The notes beneath the pieces are model-generated. The model ran no database searches, was not told where the DNA came from, and saw nothing but the letters and a program-made list of their open reading frames with translations. A program made the position numbers and the translations under genes. A stretch of 64,000 nt of DNA from Podarcis erhardii (taxonomy: Eukaryota): NCBI GenBank assembly GCA_964252035.1, contig OZ176202.1. One strand, given 5' to 3'. The stretch's first letter is position 1, and each line of letters begins with the position of its first letter. Of the stretch, positions 60,301-64,000 are shown piece after piece.

Positions 60301-62253
60301 CAATGAAGTTTATCCTTCCTGTTTATTTAGCAGTTCAGAAGTTTTGTCTTTTAATGCAAAACTGAAGAGCATTCCATATATATGTATATATCCATAAAGG
60401 ACTAACACTTTTCAAACTGCAGAACGAAGATAGGTTTTCAGTCTCTCCCTGTCAGCCTGCCAAGTCATAATTTGCTGAAGGATACAAAGAAGTCAGATAT
60501 ATGGAACTGATTATATTATGCAAATGAGGGCTTGCATCTCCAGTAGATGTCACTATGGCCCATACCTAACTGAGCCTCAGAAGCTTAGAATTTACAAATA
60601 ATTTTTGCTCGGAAAACATCACCCAAAATGTATTGCAAAATTTATCATGGAGGTGCTTTTATATTTGTAGATTTGACCTGTACCTGTATCTTTGACAAAC
60701 AGCCCAATCTGATTTATTTGGCTCCAAATCAGGTCTATCAAAAATAAAACTCCCCCTGCCATTAACTATAATGGAGAATATTGAAAATGCTATAATTGTT
60801 TTATTGCTCAGACTTGTTTGTCTGTGTCTAGAAACAGTAGCAGACAATAAAAAGAACATTTGAGTTCTTGCATGCAGACCTAGCAGAACCTCCCATTTCC
60901 TCCCAGTCTGAGTGGAGCAAGTATTACCTTGTAAAGTTGATGACTATTCCAGATTCACTCCTTTCAAGTTAACTAAATTCCACTAAACTTCATGGCATAT
61001 ATAACAATGTATTATCATAGAAACAGTATCATAGAAACAGGTGGTAGTGAAGAATGTGGGCATGAACCCAGCACTGTTTTGAATGGGTCATTGCCTCTCT
61101 TCCTGACTTGTTTAATCAGCCTACTGATTGCTTGCGGTACATGAGTTCAAAACCCCTTGCTTGTGTTCTGCCTTTACTTTCTAAGATTGCTTGCATCCCA
61201 TGCCAGTTTTCACTTTAGCTGTAATGACATTAATACTCAATTTGCATTTTCTACCCTCTAATAATGTTCAAAACCAAACATTTAATGCTCAGTATTCTGT
61301 AGTACATAGTATCAAGGTAGGCATTTAATTTATCATGTAATTGCAAACTTTAAATAAATCAGTCCCCCAAAAAAGACGTCTTCTGTGTTTGAATTTTCTT
61401 TAAGCATTACATCTTTCGGTAGCATCTTTTGAAGTACAGAGAATTTTCTACAGTGGTTATTAAAAAAAAATACAGAGACTGCTCATAATCTATTTAGATA
61501 ACCAGAAATACCACAGAATTTTTATTAATCTCTTTCTTATTAAGCAACTGTCTGTGTTAGCAACAGATTGAAAGATCATTGATATGAAAATCAGCAGTGA
61601 AGTGCTAAAAATAGGGAAGAAACACTATATTTTAATGGAATTAATGATGGTTTCCCCTCACAATTTTTATCTGCAAGTGTTGAATTAAAGGCTTATAGAT
61701 CAGCAAGAAGATCTCCAGTGCTATGTTTTCCATTACTTAATTATTATTTTCTACAAAACAGGGAAATAGTCCAAAAATTTGGCTAAATCTAGCTCTCTGG
61801 TTTCAGGCTTAACTAGTGAAAGGCTGCGATACAGTCTGTGTCTGACATGCATAGGGCAATCAGCACATGGGCTAGAGGCAGGAGGTGTAGTTGTAAACAG
61901 TAAGGAGATGAAGAACTGGATCAGGCAACAGGAACTGAATACAGGAAGTAGGAGATGTAGCCATGAACAGTCTGGAGGTCAAATACAAAATTGGATAGAT
62001 GGAGTGAAGTGATGGAGGGCATTTTGAGAATCCATGTTGCTATTGGTGATAGAAGAGAAATTCAGTTTGGATTGTATTTTAATTAGAAAACTACCTAACT
62101 CACCCTTCTCAAACCAAAATGTACTATTCAATCAAAATTTGCACTTCTCTGAATTTTGCAATGCAATTCTCCAACCAAATTAATGAGTACAAAAATGCAT
62201 GTTGGGCAAGCTGTACATAATGACTGCTCACCAGTCACATCGGTGGGTGGTTT

Positions 62254-62463
62254 TGTGACCCGGCGTGGGCTCCCCGGCCTCCGGAGCCACACCATAGCTG
62301 CCTGGCCATTGCTCCATTCCCTGGGCTGGCCGCCGAGGCTGCAGGGCTCCCACCTAGTCCTGGTTCAAATCAGCCAATCGGCGGCAGCCAGGGGGTGGCA
62401 GAGCAAAGGCCAGGCAAGGAGGCTCCTGCCGACACCAGCCATTCAGTTGCTCGGAGCGTCACA
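62254..62463. mobile_element. Short CpG-rich LTR-like segment
   Basis: 6-bp terminal inverted repeat TGTGAC...GTCACA and a CAGCCAATCGGC CCAAT box also present in LTR-2. No TSD. Confidence 0.35.
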
Positions 62464-62699
62464 GAGAGAGATGCATTGTTGAACGTTCAGGAGGTAATTG
62501 ATTGGGAGCAAAGGAGCTGGGAAGCTGGCCAGGGATGCCTGTGAGGAAGGCGGAGGGCTAGCTTCACCCCCGCATGAAGGATGCACCATGGTGGCTTCTG
62601 ATTGGAGAGGTTTTTGGACGTTTTGCTTGTGCTAGCTGCACAGGTATTTTGTAGCCTTGGTATCTTGCCCCCCTTTTCTTTTACAGTGCAGCGCTTGGG

Positions 62700-62920
62700 T
62701 TTACCTTCCCGTATGCATGTGTTATGAAAATAGCGTATGGAAATGGATAACATAAGGAGAATGATTTGCAAAAATCTGTATATTAGGTAAAACTGCATGC
62801 AAAAATGTGCTTATTAAGCGAAATTCACACTGAAATGCTAACAAATTTTCATAAGGATTTAGAGAACAAATTGCAAATTGCTACAGACATATGAAGAGCT
62901 GAATTTAAGGGTGGAACTAT
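62700..62920. mobile_element. AT-rich interspersed repeat, with a related segment at 62090-62215
   Basis: Reverse-complement similarity to 41850-42140. Confidence 0.5.
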
Positions 62921-63679
62921 ACTTGTCAATCAAATTGGTGAGTTGCACAGAGGAAACTTAGGTGAAATAACTTCTTGCCAATAAAGATCTGAATATTATC
63001 AGGCCTGTTGCGAAATTCTGTTTCATGGCACTGAGGACAAGATAGGCTGCACATACAGTGATGGCTGGCTAATGAGTACTGATTTTAATCTCTGGAATAC
63101 AGACTTTAGCTGAAGGAGTTTTGTTTTTAATGTAAATACGTTTATAGGGAATTTTTAATTATGTCTGCTTCTTCATGCGGATGTGGCATATGTTGTTCTT
63201 GTTAACTTTGCTGTTTGGTCTTTGACCACAATAAAGATTGATTGAAGGTTGGAACTCTACTTCTCACTCAAAGTGGTGAGTTGCGCAGATTGCTAGACTA
63301 GCCTAGGAAAGGAGATATTATAAGTCCTGGTGCTTCTTCACTGGGTTGTGGAATCAGCTGGTAACACTCAAACTTGCATTGCAACCAAAATGTCCCTCTT
63401 GCCATATGCAGTGATGTCAGGGAGCAGCTGCTGTTGAACTCTAATTCCTCCCATCCCTTACTATGCTTGGTGGGGCTGATGGGGGGTTGGACAACATCTG
63501 GAGATCCTCAGGTTCCCCTTTCCTGCTATAAAGTAAAGCCTGCTGACTGGCCAAAGGCTCCGGAACACAGCAAGTTACTGAAAATTGAGCACTAGAAGTC
63601 CAGGGATCAGCCTTCCCACCATGCTAACTTGCATTAAATTTGTTGTTGACTAAAAAACTTGTCAAGGGAACAAGATAAA

Positions 63680-64000
63680 GGGAAGCAGGTGGCGCTGTGG
63701 GTTAAACCACAGAGCCTAGGACTTGCTGATCAGAAGGTTGGTGGTTCGAATCCCCGCAACGGGGTGAGCTCCCGTTGCTCGGTCCCAGCTCCTGCTAACC
63801 TAGCAGTTCAAAAGCACGTCAAAGTGTGAGTAGATAAATAGGTACCACTCCAGCAGAAAGGTAAACAGCGTTTCCATGCACTGCTCTGGTTCACCAGAAG
63901 CGGCTTAGAAATGCTGGCCACATGACCCGGAAGCTGTACACCGGCTCCCTCGGCCAATAAAGCGAGATAAGCGCCGCAACCCCAGAGTCAGTCACGACTG
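63680..64000 (+). mobile_element. Sauria SINE (Squam1-type), cut by the window end
   Basis: Colinear and highly similar to 29979-30300. Confidence 0.92.

Overview
This is eukaryotic, AT-rich, gene-poor DNA, most likely an intron or intergenic region of a squamate reptile. A lacertid lizard is inferred from Sauria/Squam1-type SINEs with ACCTTT tails, alongside BovB, L2, CR1 and Penelope relics. I found no recognisable host protein-coding gene, rRNA, true tRNA or CRISPR array. The only ORFs with recognisable protein similarity are broken retroelement fragments: L2 ORF2 at 45-46.7 kb, CR1 ORF2 at 50.2-50.8 kb, BovB at 56.9-57.3 kb and a Penelope GIY-YIG relic near 60.1 kb. The rest consists of many short hAT and Tc1/mariner(pogo)-type MITEs with visible target-site duplications (TSDs), three or four LTR-like elements, microsatellites and TE-poor blocks that may be conserved non-coding elements. 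The most notable points are an L2 copy whose RT core is deleted in frame, two related CpG-rich LTRs of a family I cannot name (one carrying a BANP-like hairpin), and two minus-strand candidate exons with strong splice sites (52517-52590 and 31925-32014). I see no convincing evidence for a new multi-gene biological system. Family names come from recalled consensus motifs, not from database searches.
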